Shown here in pieces: positions 8,311 through 17,183 of a stretch of 55,016 nucleotides of DNA; within the stretch, counting starts at the first letter, position 1, and every line of letters begins with the position of its first letter. Source of the stretch: a virus. Taxonomy: Duplodnaviria > Caudoviricetes. The stretch spans positions 1 to 55,016 of IMG/VR virus record IMGVR_UViG_3300020202_001036; one strand, 5' to 3'. Both the position numbers and the translations under genes were made by a program. Under the pieces are notes generated by a model that worked only from the letters and a program-made list of their open reading frames with translations, was not told where the DNA came from and made no database searches.

Positions 8311-11300
8311 ATGCCCATTCGCACGTTCCCCTTCAACAGCGGCATAAATGGCGAGGTAGACATCCGTCTCCTCCCCGACGGGCTGCTCGCCGATGCGAGG
8401 AACGTCGAGCTGGACCGGCGCGGGCGCATCGTGGTGCGGCCGGGCTTTGCTGCGCAAGACACGACCGTTTACGGACCCGGCGGCGCGCTGGTGGCCTTCG
8501 ACCTGTTCACGCTGAACGACCGCCTTTTCGCCTTCGGCGACGCGCACGGCTACGGCTTCCCGTGCGACATCTACGAACTTCTCCCCGCGGGCTCAGCAGC
8601 GCGCTGGCGCCCGAGCTCGAGCAACAACGCAAACAGCCCGCGCCTGCCCCGCGCGACCAAGGTGCGCGAGATCGCGCGCCCGCCCGACCAGGCCGAAGGC
8701 GTCAGCAACTGGGGCTGCGCGGCATTCGGCGGCTACGCATGCCTGGCCTGGAACGCCTCGATCGGAGGCAGCCAGAGCGGCTACGTGCACGTGGTCAGCG
8801 CCGCCGACGACCAAACGCTCATCGTGCAGCGCATGAACACGGGCGACAACCCGCGGCTCTTGTTGCGTACGGTCGCGCTGTCAGATCGGTTTTTGATCCT
8901 CGGGACGACCGCCGCGGGCAACGAGCTCGACCTGGCGCGCTTCATCCCCGCGAGCGACGAAGCGGTCGCCAACGTTGCCCAGGACCTGTTTAGCGGAGGC
9001 GCGATCACGGTCTACGCGGCGGCACGCTGCGCCGGCTCCGACGAGTTCGTTGTCATCGCTCAGGTCGGCGCAAACCTCATCACGCGGCGCTTCAACTCAA
9101 GCGGTGTTCAGCAGACCCAGTACTCCAGCATCGCAGTCACCGCGGTCGCTGTTGCGATCGAGGCATCGGCGACGGCTAACCAAGTGGTTATCGGCTACAC
9201 CGCTGGGGCGCAAACAGCGGTGTTCGTCGCGTACAATCTGACCACGGGAGCTCAGATAGCCACGCGCACCCGGACCGAGTCGTTTGACTCGTTTCTGAAC
9301 GTCGGAATCGCTCGCATTAGTTCAACGCAACTCATGCTCGTCACGTCTATCGACGATGTGTCAGTGAGCGACCCCGAGCGCGTCGAAAAGGGCACGTGGA
9401 TTCCCAGCACGGACACGCTGGGGACGTTTGGCGCGTTCCGCGACATGAAGATGGTGAGCACGCCGGTCTTCGACGTCGAGACGTTCTTCGCGAGCCAATA
9501 CGGGAGCGCAACAGTCGGTGGGACACCGAACCTGCTGCTCAGCCTCGGCAACGACACGGGCGACGTCACGCCGCAGATGGCGAAAGACTTCGAGGTCGCG
9601 GACACCACGAGTGCTCTGCTGCCCGAGATCGCATTCGACGCGAGCACGGGGAAGTACTACTGGGCCAATGCGACGGCGAATCCGGACGGCACGACGACGC
9701 CGCAACTCACCGAGTTCGAGCTATCGTCGACCGAGCGGCGTCAGGTCGCGGTGCTAGGGAATCTCGCCTACATCGCCGGCGGTGTTCCACTGGTGTTCGA
9801 CGGACGAACCGTGGTCGAGAGCGGTTTCGTCGTCAGGCCGCGCATCATAAGCCTGACCGCATCGAACGGTGCGGGCGAACTCCTCGGCGGCGCCGCGTAC
9901 GACTACCGCCTGCACTGGGAATGGATCGACAGCGAGAACAACCTGCACCTCTCGCCGCCGAGCGCCATCTCGACGGTCACGCTGGGGGCAAACGACGATA
10001 CGGTGACGGGGCTTTGCTCGACCGCGCACTCGATGCGAAGCAACAACGGCGCCATCGCCGCTGGCAGCGCTCAGGCCTGCGTGCTGACGCGCACGCTGGC
10101 GACGAGAACGCAAACGTCAGCGACGCTGGCGGGCAGAGCTAGCGTGTCTCCACCAAGCGCGTCGTTGAATGGGTTGACGCTGTTCGTGCTCATCAGTGAC
10201 ACGACCGGGTACAACCTGTACACGATCACGTTTGATGCCGGGAGCGTTGACGCCGATGCTATCGCAGCAGACATCAATGCAGCAGTCAGCAGAGTCACCG
10301 CGACGAACGTGAACGGGCACATCGTGCTGACCGCAGATGAGGCCGGCGAGGGCGCTTTCTTGGAGGTGTCCGGCGGTACGGCGATCGATATTTTGGGTTT
10401 CGTCGAGTACGAAAACGACACCGGCACGACGACCCTCACCAAGGGCCAGAACTTTCAGCGCGCCGCGGTCGGCTACACGTCGACCACCAGCCTCGTCAGC
10501 GGCGCTTTTGTCTCGGTAGTCGACGTGCGAAAGGACCAAAGCGATCCCATCGTCGACACGGACCTGATTCGCCAGCAACCGCTCTACTCGAGCGGCATTT
10601 CGTCGGGCGCGCACCACGCGCCGACGCCGTCGGAATACGTCTGGGCGGGCCGCGAGCGCATCGTGATGAATCACCCGCGCCGGGCCCGATATGTCACGAG
10701 CAAGCTCGTGGTGCCGAGCGAGCCGGCAGAGTTTGCTGCGGAGGGATTTCCAGCCTTTACAGGCCAGGTCACCGGCGACATCGAGGGCTTGGTCGTGCTC
10801 GGTGACTCAATCGTGCCGTGGACGCGCAGGGAAATCTGGGAGGTGACCGGCTCGGGCCCGGCACGCAACGGCGTCGGTGAGTTTTTCGCCGCGCGCCGGG
10901 TCAGCAACGCAGGCGGGCTCGTTGCCGATGGCTGGCGCTCGCTGGTCGAGACCGACGCGGGAGTGTTTTTTCAACGCGAACCGACGCAACTCTGCATGCT
11001 GACGAAAGACGGCTCTGTCGCATGGATCGGGCTGCCCATCGAGGACTATCTCGAGGTCTATCCCGAGATCACGGCAGCCGTGTACGTGCCGAGTAAGCAC
11101 TCGGTGGCGTTCGCATGCCGCTCCACCGATGGGCTCGATGGCGGCATCCTGCGCTTTGACCTCGAGATGAACGCCTGGTTCTTCGACGACGTCGGCGCGG
11201 TGTCCGCGCTGGCAGAGCACCAGGGGCGGCTCGCCTACGTTCAGAGCGGCGTGGTGTTTCTCCAGGATGAGGCGCCAGGTGTCGGCACGTTCGTCGAATA

Positions 11301-11658
11301 CAGCCTCAAGACGAACATGTTTCAGGGGTTCAACGCGATCGGCTGGGGTCAGCTCAATCGCATCGGCGCGCTCGTTACCTATCAGGGCCCATGCACGGTC
11401 AACCTGTATCTGTCGGAGGACGGCACCGACTTCACGAACCTGATCGCGACGTGGACGCTCACGGATGCCGACTACGATCCGGGCGACCGCGAGATTCTGC
11501 TGAAGGATCCGCCCAAGCAGATGCAGGACAGCTTTGGGTTGCTCTTCGAGGTCACGCACAACGCGAGCAACTCGGAGGGCGTGTGGTTGCACGCCGTGGC
11601 CTTGGATGTTGACGGAGCGCCGGAGCTCGCACGCAAGGGGCCGGCGAAGAACCTTTGA
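8311..11658 (+). CDS. Tail nozzle / packaged-DNA stabilisation-like virion protein
   Basis: 1115 aa, beta-rich; N-terminal GINGEVDIRLLPDGLLADARNVELDRRG and beta-propeller-like C-half resemble podoviral nozzles (inference). Confidence 0.65.
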   Translation: MPIRTFPFNSGINGEVDIRLLPDGLLADARNVELDRRGRIVVRPGFAAQDTTVYGPGGALVAFDLFTLNDRLFAFGDAHGYGFPCDIYELLPAGSAARWRPSSSNNANSPRLPRATKVREIARPPDQAEGVSNWGCAAFGGYACLAWNASIGGSQSGYVHVVSAADDQTLIVQRMNTGDNPRLLLRTVALSDRFLILGTTAAGNELDLARFIPASDEAVANVAQDLFSGGAITVYAAARCAGSDEFVVIAQVGANLITRRFNSSGVQQTQYSSIAVTAVAVAIEASATANQVVIGYTAGAQTAVFVAYNLTTGAQIATRTRTESFDSFLNVGIARISSTQLMLVTSIDDVSVSDPERVEKGTWIPSTDTLGTFGAFRDMKMVSTPVFDVETFFASQYGSATVGGTPNLLLSLGNDTGDVTPQMAKDFEVADTTSALLPEIAFDASTGKYYWANATANPDGTTTPQLTEFELSSTERRQVAVLGNLAYIAGGVPLVFDGRTVVESGFVVRPRIISLTASNGAGELLGGAAYDYRLHWEWIDSENNLHLSPPSAISTVTLGANDDTVTGLCSTAHSMRSNNGAIAAGSAQACVLTRTLATRTQTSATLAGRASVSPPSASLNGLTLFVLISDTTGYNLYTITFDAGSVDADAIAADINAAVSRVTATNVNGHIVLTADEAGEGAFLEVSGGTAIDILGFVEYENDTGTTTLTKGQNFQRAAVGYTSTTSLVSGAFVSVVDVRKDQSDPIVDTDLIRQQPLYSSGISSGAHHAPTPSEYVWAGRERIVMNHPRRARYVTSKLVVPSEPAEFAAEGFPAFTGQVTGDIEGLVVLGDSIVPWTRREIWEVTGSGPARNGVGEFFAARRVSNAGGLVADGWRSLVETDAGVFFQREPTQLCMLTKDGSVAWIGLPIEDYLEVYPEITAAVYVPSKHSVAFACRSTDGLDGGILRFDLEMNAWFFDDVGAVSALAEHQGRLAYVQSGVVFLQDEAPGVGTFVEYSLKTNMFQGFNAIGWGQLNRIGALVTYQGPCTVNLYLSEDGTDFTNLIATWTLTDADYDPGDREILLKDPPKQMQDSFGLLFEVTHNASNSEGVWLHAVALDVDGAPELARKGPAKNL

Positions 11659-11669
11659 AAGGCAGGGAG

Positions 11670-12221
11670 ATGTCGAAGAAAAGCCTGGAATCGAGTTCGG
11701 CGGAGGATATGGCGCTGCTCAAATGGGAGAACGAGCCCTGGCCCGAAGGCACCGACGCTGGCAACCCTTGGGGGCTGCTCGAGGAGTCGATCGAGGCGAC
11801 GCGCCTGCGGTTCGTGGCTCGCTACCAGGAGGCGTTCCGCGCAGGCTTTCGCGCGGGGCAGGGGCACCCGAGGCGGCCTTTGCAGCTGGGAGAGCGCGCG
11901 GACGCCGCGATCCACTCGCAGTTCCGAGTACTCGATCGCATCCAGAGTTTGGAGTCTAAAGTGCTCACGCTGGAGGCTCAGACGCAGGGCACCGCGAGCT
12001 CACCGCTCGGCATCGAGCTTTCGAAGATCCGCGACATGCTAAACAGTTTGGAGGCCTGGCACAGAGGCGACGTGGGCGATCTTCAGCGCCGCGTTGAGGC
12101 GCTGGAGAACCACCCCGAGCGCCTGGGCAGCTCGGAGAAGCACATCGACCGGCGCGTCGAGGCTCTGGAGAAACAATTTCAGGGCGTCCGAGCGCTGGAA
12201 AAAGGAGCAAACCATGGCTGA
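11670..12221 (+). CDS. Coiled-coil hypothetical protein
   Basis: RRVEALE repeated twice. Confidence 0.55.
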   Translation: MSKKSLESSSAEDMALLKWENEPWPEGTDAGNPWGLLEESIEATRLRFVARYQEAFRAGFRAGQGHPRRPLQLGERADAAIHSQFRVLDRIQSLESKVLTLEAQTQGTASSPLGIELSKIRDMLNSLEAWHRGDVGDLQRRVEALENHPERLGSSEKHIDRRVEALEKQFQGVRALEKGANHG

Positions 12222-12567
12222 ATCAGCCTCAAAAGGACACTTCACCCGCGCCGCAGACTTCGTGCATGCAGTCGCGGACTGCACGAGCGCGAACCTGAAC
12301 CTCACCACGATCAGCCAGAAGCCGAAGCATGCGGCGCAGCGCGTGCGGTTCTTCAACACGGATGGCCTGGCGCATCTCACGGTGACGGTCACACCCGAGC
12401 TCGGCGCGGGTCAGACGCCATTCAACATCGCGCTCTCGGTCGGGCCACACCGCGACTACACGACGGAGTTTCCGGTCGCCGCCATCGTCAGCGCCACGTC
12501 CGACGCGGGCCACATCGAGGCCCTGGTCATGTGGTGGACCGGCAGCAGTCTCAACATCAACAAGTGA
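12214..12567 (+). CDS. Hypothetical beta-rich (possibly virion) protein
   Basis: AAGGAG SD before ATG 12214. Confidence 0.6.
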   Translation: MAESASKGHFTRAADFVHAVADCTSANLNLTTISQKPKHAAQRVRFFNTDGLAHLTVTVTPELGAGQTPFNIALSVGPHRDYTTEFPVAAIVSATSDAGHIEALVMWWTGSSLNINK

Positions 12568-12571
12568 CGCC

Positions 12572-13162
12572 ATGACTCCAAACCAGGTCAGCGAGTTTCA
12601 GCGCGGTCGATTCGACTGGGAGGGCAAGCCCCTGCGCGTCGACGGCGACCTGGGTCCGCGCACGCGCTGGGCGCTGGCCATGTCACGGCTGGATTCGCGC
12701 CGCCAAGCCATCGTGGCCAACGCCTGCGGCTTCGTCGGGCTCACCGAGCGCGCAACAAATCGCGGGCCAGAGATCGACACCTGGCTCGAGCGCTGCGGAG
12801 CCCCGCTCGGATCGCCCTGGTGTGCCGCGTTCGCGAGCTGGTGCATCTCGGTGCCGGATCTTTCCTCCGTGAGGGAGGCCGGCGCGCAGACGCTCGGGCG
12901 CTCGCTCAGGTCCACCACGCTCATCCTTCCCGGCGACGTCATGTGGTTTCCTGCCGGCACGTGGCAGGGCCACTGCGGAATCGTCGTCGGCACCGGGCCC
13001 GGCGAGGTCGCGTGCGTCGAGGGCAACCACGGCAACCGCGTCGCACTGGTGCGGCGCCGCACTGCCGATGTTCGGATCGCAACGCCGCTGCCAGTCGAGG
13101 AGTTGCCGGGCATCCCGCCTGGGCTGCCGCTGGTGCCGGTGCAGCGGGAGGGGACGCGGTGA
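12572..13162 (+). CDS. CHAP-domain endolysin with N-terminal peptidoglycan-binding motif
   Basis: VDGDLGPRT; PWCAAFASWC; GHCGIV; EGN. Confidence 0.85.
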   Translation: MTPNQVSEFQRGRFDWEGKPLRVDGDLGPRTRWALAMSRLDSRRQAIVANACGFVGLTERATNRGPEIDTWLERCGAPLGSPWCAAFASWCISVPDLSSVREAGAQTLGRSLRSTTLILPGDVMWFPAGTWQGHCGIVVGTGPGEVACVEGNHGNRVALVRRRTADVRIATPLPVEELPGIPPGLPLVPVQREGTR

Positions 13163-13338
13163 CCAACGATCGATTCTCTTCCCTCGAGCGCGACCCCGAT
13201 GCGCGTCTGACCCGCGAGGAGATGCGCGAAGGGTGGCACTTCTGCACGGAGTTAGACCTTGGTCTGACGCAGGGCGAGCAGATCGATGGCGACGGGCGCT
13301 GCGCATGGTGCGGTTTTGACAAGCGGAGGGTGGCTTGA
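13159..13338 (+). CDS. Small Cys-containing hypothetical protein
   Basis: GTGA coupling; GWHFC..CAWC. Confidence 0.5.
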   Translation: MTNDRFSSLERDPDARLTREEMREGWHFCTELDLGLTQGEQIDGDGRCAWCGFDKRRVA

Positions 13339-13961
13339 AGAGCTCCAGCATCGTCAACGGCATCGACGTGACCGCCCACGGCGGCCTCATCGGGCGCTGC
13401 GTGCAGCACTACAAGCGATTCGTCGGCGGGTGCCTCGAATGGGAGGACCTGTTCCAGGCAGGCTGGCTCGGTGTGTACCACGCTGCTGAGCGCTTCGACC
13501 CCACACGGGGTTTCAAGTTTTCGACCTACGCGAACTGGTGGATTCGCGCCTTCATCCAGCGCGCCATCATGAACGAGCGGCGCACGGTGCGCGTGCCGGT
13601 TCATGCGCAGCAGAGCGCATTCGCACGCGGCGAGCGTCTGCATCTGGACGCGCTGTCACTCAACGCGCCGGTGAGTGCGGACCACCCAGAGGACACCTGG
13701 ATCGACCTGCTGCGAGCCGACAGCGACCCGGAGCGGGAGGCGATGGACAGTGACGCGGCCTCGCACATCGAGGCCGCCGTCGATGCGCTCCCAGACGTGA
13801 GCCGGCGCGCCATCAGAGGGCGTTTCTGGGGCGAGCACACGCTCAAGGAGATCGGCGACGATGTTGGCCTCTCGCGAGAGCGCATCCGCCAGCGCGAGGC
13901 TCAGGCGCTGGAACGGTTGGAGTTGAGACTCGCGACGCTGCAGCACGAGACGAGGCGATGA
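13335..13961 (+). CDS. Sigma-70 family RNA polymerase sigma factor (RpoD/RpoS-like regions 2-4)
   Basis: EDLFQAGWLG..AAERFDPTRGFKFSTYANWWIR..RTVRVPVH; TLKEIG..LSRERIRQRE. Confidence 0.92.
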   Translation: MKSSSIVNGIDVTAHGGLIGRCVQHYKRFVGGCLEWEDLFQAGWLGVYHAAERFDPTRGFKFSTYANWWIRAFIQRAIMNERRTVRVPVHAQQSAFARGERLHLDALSLNAPVSADHPEDTWIDLLRADSDPEREAMDSDAASHIEAAVDALPDVSRRAIRGRFWGEHTLKEIGDDVGLSRERIRQREAQALERLELRLATLQHETRR

Positions 13962-13962
13962 C

Positions 13963-15267
13963 ATGACGGTCCGATATAACCGAAATCTGGGCGTTTGGCA
14001 GGTCAACGGGCGCGGCGCCTACGCGAGTGAAGCAGATGCGAAGTCTGCCGACTCGACAGCGGCGCAGGCAACACAGGTCATCGATGATGACGACTTCGCG
14101 AGCAGCTTAAGGGCGCCCTCGCGCGTGCTCGGGGCCGAGCGGACCACCTCGACCGTGACGACGCCGACGCAGGCCAAGGAGAAGCAAACGGCGTTCGAAG
14201 AGGCGAACAAGCTCTATCAGCAGGGCTACAGCGACCTGAACGGCGACGGCACCATCAACGCGGAGGATCAGCGCCTCTCGGGAGTCGCCTACGGCACCCC
14301 AGTCTCTCAGGGCGGCACGGCGGCGCACTATCAGACAGAGCAGGAGGCGATCGGCACGCGGAACATGCGCACGAATCGGCTCAACGCCTCGCCCGTCACG
14401 GCGCTGAACGGCGCGCCTGGTGTCGGCGGCGGCTATCTGCCTGCCGGGGCGCTCTCGAGCGAGCAGAAGTACCAGGCGGCGGCAGGGGCTGCCGAGTCGG
14501 CTGGTGCGCAGTTCCAAAACCAGCAGGAAGAAAACGCTGCGGACAACGAGTCCCTGTTTGCGGGCGCGATGGATCGCTACGACGAGCTGGGCGGCACCGA
14601 CAACCAACTCTCCGACGAGGCGCGGCGCTATCAGCAGGAGGGGCTTGCGCAGCAGCGCATGCTGCTGGAGAAGTTGCTCGGCTTCGACGAGGAGCAATAC
14701 GCGACGCAATTCGCTGACCAGGCGCTGGCGCGCACGATCGCGGCGGGGCGGCAGGGCACGAGCGCAGCAGCGCAGCAAGCGGGCATGTTCGCGGCGATGG
14801 AGCAGGCGCCTGCGCTCTACGCCGAGGGGCGTCGGCAGGCGTCCGAGCAAGCGAACCAGCGGCTGGGGCTCGCCGGAGCTGCCGCCAAGTCGTTCGGAGA
14901 ACTCGGAACGATGACGCGAGGTCAGGACGAGACCCGCGCGCAATTCGAAGCGCAACTCCCGCTCGAGATCGCCAACAGCGTGGCCGCGCTTACCCAGGGG
15001 AAGATGGCGCTCAACCAGCAGGAGTCGGAGATGTTCGCCGAGATCTGGATGGACTTCGCGCGGCTGCAGAGCGTTTTTGCGGGGATGAGCTCACAAGAGC
15101 AGATGGCGTGGTGGGAATACGAGACGGCGCAAAGGGGCCAAGACAAACAATTCGAGGCCATCAAGGCTCAGATAAAGGCAAACGGAGCGGTGTCCGACAA
15201 GGACATCCTCAATGGGATTTTTCAGCTCGGTGGAGGCCTGCTCGGCATGGCCAGGATGGGGGCGTAA
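13963..15267 (+). CDS. Putative ejection (internal virion) protein 1
   Basis: Ala/Gln-rich helical protein with C-terminal glycine zipper GIFQLGGGLLG; first of three coupled genes of increasing size. Confidence 0.6.
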   Translation: MTVRYNRNLGVWQVNGRGAYASEADAKSADSTAAQATQVIDDDDFASSLRAPSRVLGAERTTSTVTTPTQAKEKQTAFEEANKLYQQGYSDLNGDGTINAEDQRLSGVAYGTPVSQGGTAAHYQTEQEAIGTRNMRTNRLNASPVTALNGAPGVGGGYLPAGALSSEQKYQAAAGAAESAGAQFQNQQEENAADNESLFAGAMDRYDELGGTDNQLSDEARRYQQEGLAQQRMLLEKLLGFDEEQYATQFADQALARTIAAGRQGTSAAAQQAGMFAAMEQAPALYAEGRRQASEQANQRLGLAGAAAKSFGELGTMTRGQDETRAQFEAQLPLEIANSVAALTQGKMALNQQESEMFAEIWMDFARLQSVFAGMSSQEQMAWWEYETAQRGQDKQFEAIKAQIKANGAVSDKDILNGIFQLGGGLLGMARMGA

Positions 15268-17183
15268 TGCCGAACATTCGCGGCTTTAAACCGCTCACGG
15301 ATCCGAATTGGATTTCACTGGAGTTTGACGACGGCACGATCTCGAATCCCGTCAACGATCCGACTGGCGAGTATCGAAAGCAGGTATCCGAGATCGCCCA
15401 GAAGATCGCCGGCGTCCCACCGAACCCGATGGCTGGCGCGACCGCAAGCCTCGGCGGCGAACTCACGCAGGGCACTGGTGAGGCGATGGCGCGCGCAGAC
15501 GTCGCGGCGCCCCTCGCCGCTGGGCCGCGCACGGGAGCCATGGCGGTTGCACCGGTGGCTCCGGCGCCTGCTCCAGCGGCCGCAGCAAACACGGATGCCG
15601 GTCTCATCAATCGGGCGCTCACCACCGCGATGAAGCCGCAGCCGGAAGGCGGGATGCCGCCCGGCGGAGCCGCTCCGGGCCTGGGCGGGGCATCGCGGCC
15701 GGCGACGCCTCCACAGGCGCCCACCGGCGCCAGTCTCGGGCCGCTCGTGACGACAGGCACAACGAGCAGCTGGCAGCGACAGAAGGGCAGCCAGACGAGC
15801 ACCAGCGGGCTAGCTGAAGCGGACCGACCCAGGGTCGAGGCCGCAAACGAGGGCGCCGTGAAGGCCGCCGAGACCGCGAACACCGAGGACTACGTGTCCA
15901 AGGCGACGCAGTACTGGCACGAGTTCGGCCGGCTCAGCGAGGACGCCAAGCGCCAGATCGCGCAGCGCGCCACGCTGCAGGAGCAGGAGCGCCGCTTCGA
16001 CGAGTCGCTGAACGCCGCGTACCGTCGCCTCGACGAGACGGCGGCGCGCCCCGTCGATCCAGCGCAGGCATTCGCTGGCGAAAAGGGCTGGTACGCTTTC
16101 ATGGCCGGCTTCGGCGACGTGCTCCGCAACGTGGGCTCGGCGCTCGCCGGCAAGGGCCCCGTCGCAGACCCCGGCGCGACGCTGGATGCGCTCGTCGAGC
16201 GCTCCGTGAACCTGCAGATGGCCCAGAAAAAGGCCGACTACGAGGCAGGGCGCATCGGCATCGACCGGCTCACCGCCGACCGCGAGACGGTGCGGCACCG
16301 CTTGGGTGTGGTACTCCAGCAACTCGCCACGACGGAGCTCGCGAAGGCTCAGACGGAGCAGGCCTATCAAGGCCTCGGAGCCGTCAAGGCCAAGGGCGAC
16401 GCGATCGTGGCCGATGCGCGCGCAAAGGCAGCGGCGGCGACGGCTCGGCAAGAGACCACCAGCACGACGGACAGCCAGGTCAGCGGCGGCACGACGCAGC
16501 GAGAGCGCCAGCCAGCAGGAGGCGGAGCCTCGCTCGAGCAACTGTCGAAGATTTTGGACATCGAGAAAAAGAAGCTCGAGCTCCGGAACGCGCAGCTCGA
16601 CAGCGCCACCACGGAGGATGTCTCTGCAGCTATCGGCAAGGAAGTCAGCCCGGAGCGGGCGAAGCAACTCCGCGACACGGTCAAAGAAAACGCCGTGCCG
16701 CTCGCAAAGCTCGGCTCGTTCATGCAGGGGATGAAAGAACAGCTCCGCATCAACGGTGCGACCGTGAATTGGGAAACGGGTCAGGTGCAGTGGCCCAAGG
16801 ATCTCAGCGGCGTCAGCGCAGTGAAGCCGTCGGACGTGCTCGGCAAGGACTTGGGCGAGGCGTTCAACACGAACGAAGACCAACTGCGAAAGCAGATGGC
16901 TTTCAACAAGGAACTGCTCACCACGGACACGACGGGTGCCGTTGCCACGCCGGAGCAAGCGGCAACGTTCGAACAAGTGCTGGGCGGAGCCGCGCGAAAC
17001 GAAGACGCTTACAAATCATCCGTGGAACGCGCGGTCAAGTATCTCGTGTCTCGCCGCCATGGGTTCCTGACGGCGATGGGCACAGAGGGATCGGCGCTTT
17101 ACAAGGCCACCGAAGACAAGCTGAGGAACGCGCAGCAAGCGAAGATGAATGAACTCGGCACGCTTCCGGAGGGGCGCCGATAA
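15267..17183 (+). CDS. Putative ejection protein 2
   Basis: TAATG coupling; 638 aa; coiled coil and central amphipathic segment. Confidence 0.6.
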   Translation: MPNIRGFKPLTDPNWISLEFDDGTISNPVNDPTGEYRKQVSEIAQKIAGVPPNPMAGATASLGGELTQGTGEAMARADVAAPLAAGPRTGAMAVAPVAPAPAPAAAANTDAGLINRALTTAMKPQPEGGMPPGGAAPGLGGASRPATPPQAPTGASLGPLVTTGTTSSWQRQKGSQTSTSGLAEADRPRVEAANEGAVKAAETANTEDYVSKATQYWHEFGRLSEDAKRQIAQRATLQEQERRFDESLNAAYRRLDETAARPVDPAQAFAGEKGWYAFMAGFGDVLRNVGSALAGKGPVADPGATLDALVERSVNLQMAQKKADYEAGRIGIDRLTADRETVRHRLGVVLQQLATTELAKAQTEQAYQGLGAVKAKGDAIVADARAKAAAATARQETTSTTDSQVSGGTTQRERQPAGGGASLEQLSKILDIEKKKLELRNAQLDSATTEDVSAAIGKEVSPERAKQLRDTVKENAVPLAKLGSFMQGMKEQLRINGATVNWETGQVQWPKDLSGVSAVKPSDVLGKDLGEAFNTNEDQLRKQMAFNKELLTTDTTGAVATPEQAATFEQVLGGAARNEDAYKSSVERAVKYLVSRRHGFLTAMGTEGSALYKATEDKLRNAQQAKMNELGTLPEGRR

